The translations under genes and the position numbers were made by a program. Below, piece by piece: positions 63,657 through 64,000 of a stretch of DNA of 64,000 nt (its first letter is position 1; the number at the start of each line of letters is the position of its first letter). This stretch comes from Patescibacteria group bacterium. Lineage in GTDB: Bacteria; Patescibacteriota; Patescibacteriia; Patescibacteriales; UBA12465. Below the pieces are notes generated by a model, which was not told the DNA's origin, made no database searches, and saw nothing but the letters and a program-made list of their open reading frames with translations. The stretch covers positions 30,284 to 94,283 of the forward strand of contig JBMNFV010000001.1 in NCBI GenBank assembly GCA_050949505.1. The letters are read 5' to 3'.

Positions 63657-64000
63657 ATGAAGTATCGCCTTTATACAACCTCACAAAAAGCTTGGGACGG
63701 AATGTTGGCTGCTATTAGTCAGGCCAAGAAGAGTATCTACTTAGAAATGTATAGCCTCCAAAAAGATACGCAGTCTACCCATGACTTTTTGGGCATTTTA
63801 AAGGAAAAAGCCCAAGCCGGTATTGAAGTGGTAATTATTGCTGACTCCTTCGGTAGTTTTTTAATTCGCGGAACAGTTGCTAACGAACTAAGAAAAGCCG
63901 GGATAGAATTGATCTTTTTTAGTCACTGGCTTAAACGGACTCATCGAAAAATTCTCATTGTTGATAATCATCTAGCTTTTTTTGGGGGAGTTAATATCAA
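63657..64000 (+). CDS. phospholipase D / cardiolipin synthase family protein (partial, runs off window end)
   Basis: Own translation: MKYRLYTTSQKAWDGMLAAISQAKKSIYLEMYSL...THRKILIVDNHLAFFGGVNI. This is the first HKD motif (HxKxxxxD). It is not in the ORF track because no stop occurs inside the window. Confidence 0.8.
   Translation, partial: MKYRLYTTSQKAWDGMLAAISQAKKSIYLEMYSLQKDTQSTHDFLGILKEKAQAGIEVVIIADSFGSFLIRGTVANELRKAGIELIFFSHWLKRTHRKILIVDNHLAFFGGVNI

Noticed and set aside
1-64000. CRISPR arrays, IS elements, prophage or toxin-antitoxin/defence islands.
   Set aside because: I saw no regularly spaced direct repeats and no transposase, integrase or cas-like ORFs. The unexplained ORFs are membrane or secreted proteins rather than nuclease or ATPase defence modules.

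Overview
This is a low-GC, compact bacterial chromosome segment using the standard genetic code (TGA is used as a stop). Most genes are on the minus strand until about 57.9 kb. Housekeeping genes I recognise are rel, rpsU, hisS, lepB, queA, ruvB, radC, rmuC, mscL, gyrA, ndk, smc, rplS, tsaE, lspA, rpsD, a class II RNR, ogt, efp, rpsF-ssb-rpsR, ychF and tsaD. There are six tRNAs: Leu-GAG, Val-TAC, Asp-GTC, Ser-CGA, Cys-GCA and Glu-TTC. I see no rRNA, CRISPR array, transposase or integrase. The reduced gene repertoire and many small secreted or membrane proteins suggest a Candidate Phyla Radiation / Patescibacteria-like organism; this is an inference. The standout is a family of VirB2/TrbC-like two-helix pilin modules with the loop motif G-x-x-W-M-T-A-x-G-N-x-x-K. 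Seven are small stand-alone genes: six in tandem at 29306..32070 and one at 35497..35907. Two more form the N-terminal anchors of giant Cys-rich multidomain surface proteins (8332..11067, 911 aa; 3919..8313, 1464 aa). These two giant genes sit in an operon longer than 11 kb with a third giant secreted protein (1..3902, at least 1300 aa). That third gene is missing from the ORF track because it runs off the window. No T4SS ATPase, channel or relaxase gene is in the window. I read this as a candidate pilin-anchored or pilin-copolymerised adhesin system that is not explained by known T4SS or type IV pilus loci. Secondary observations are listed below. (1) A 970-bp ORF-free divergent region (57859..58830) holds two DnaA-box consensus sites, inverted repeats and a possible small RNA. 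(2) The SMC homolog has no recognisable hinge and carries a 90-aa internal duplication. (3) A structured leader precedes a lipoprotein gene next to the pilin array. (4) There are two Wzy_C (O-antigen-ligase-like) paralogs and a GT-C-like membrane protein. (5) An extended -10 motif, TGCTATAAT, recurs and in one case implies a leaderless mRNA. (6) A 732-aa hyper-acidic membrane protein contains a 43-aa tandem repeat.
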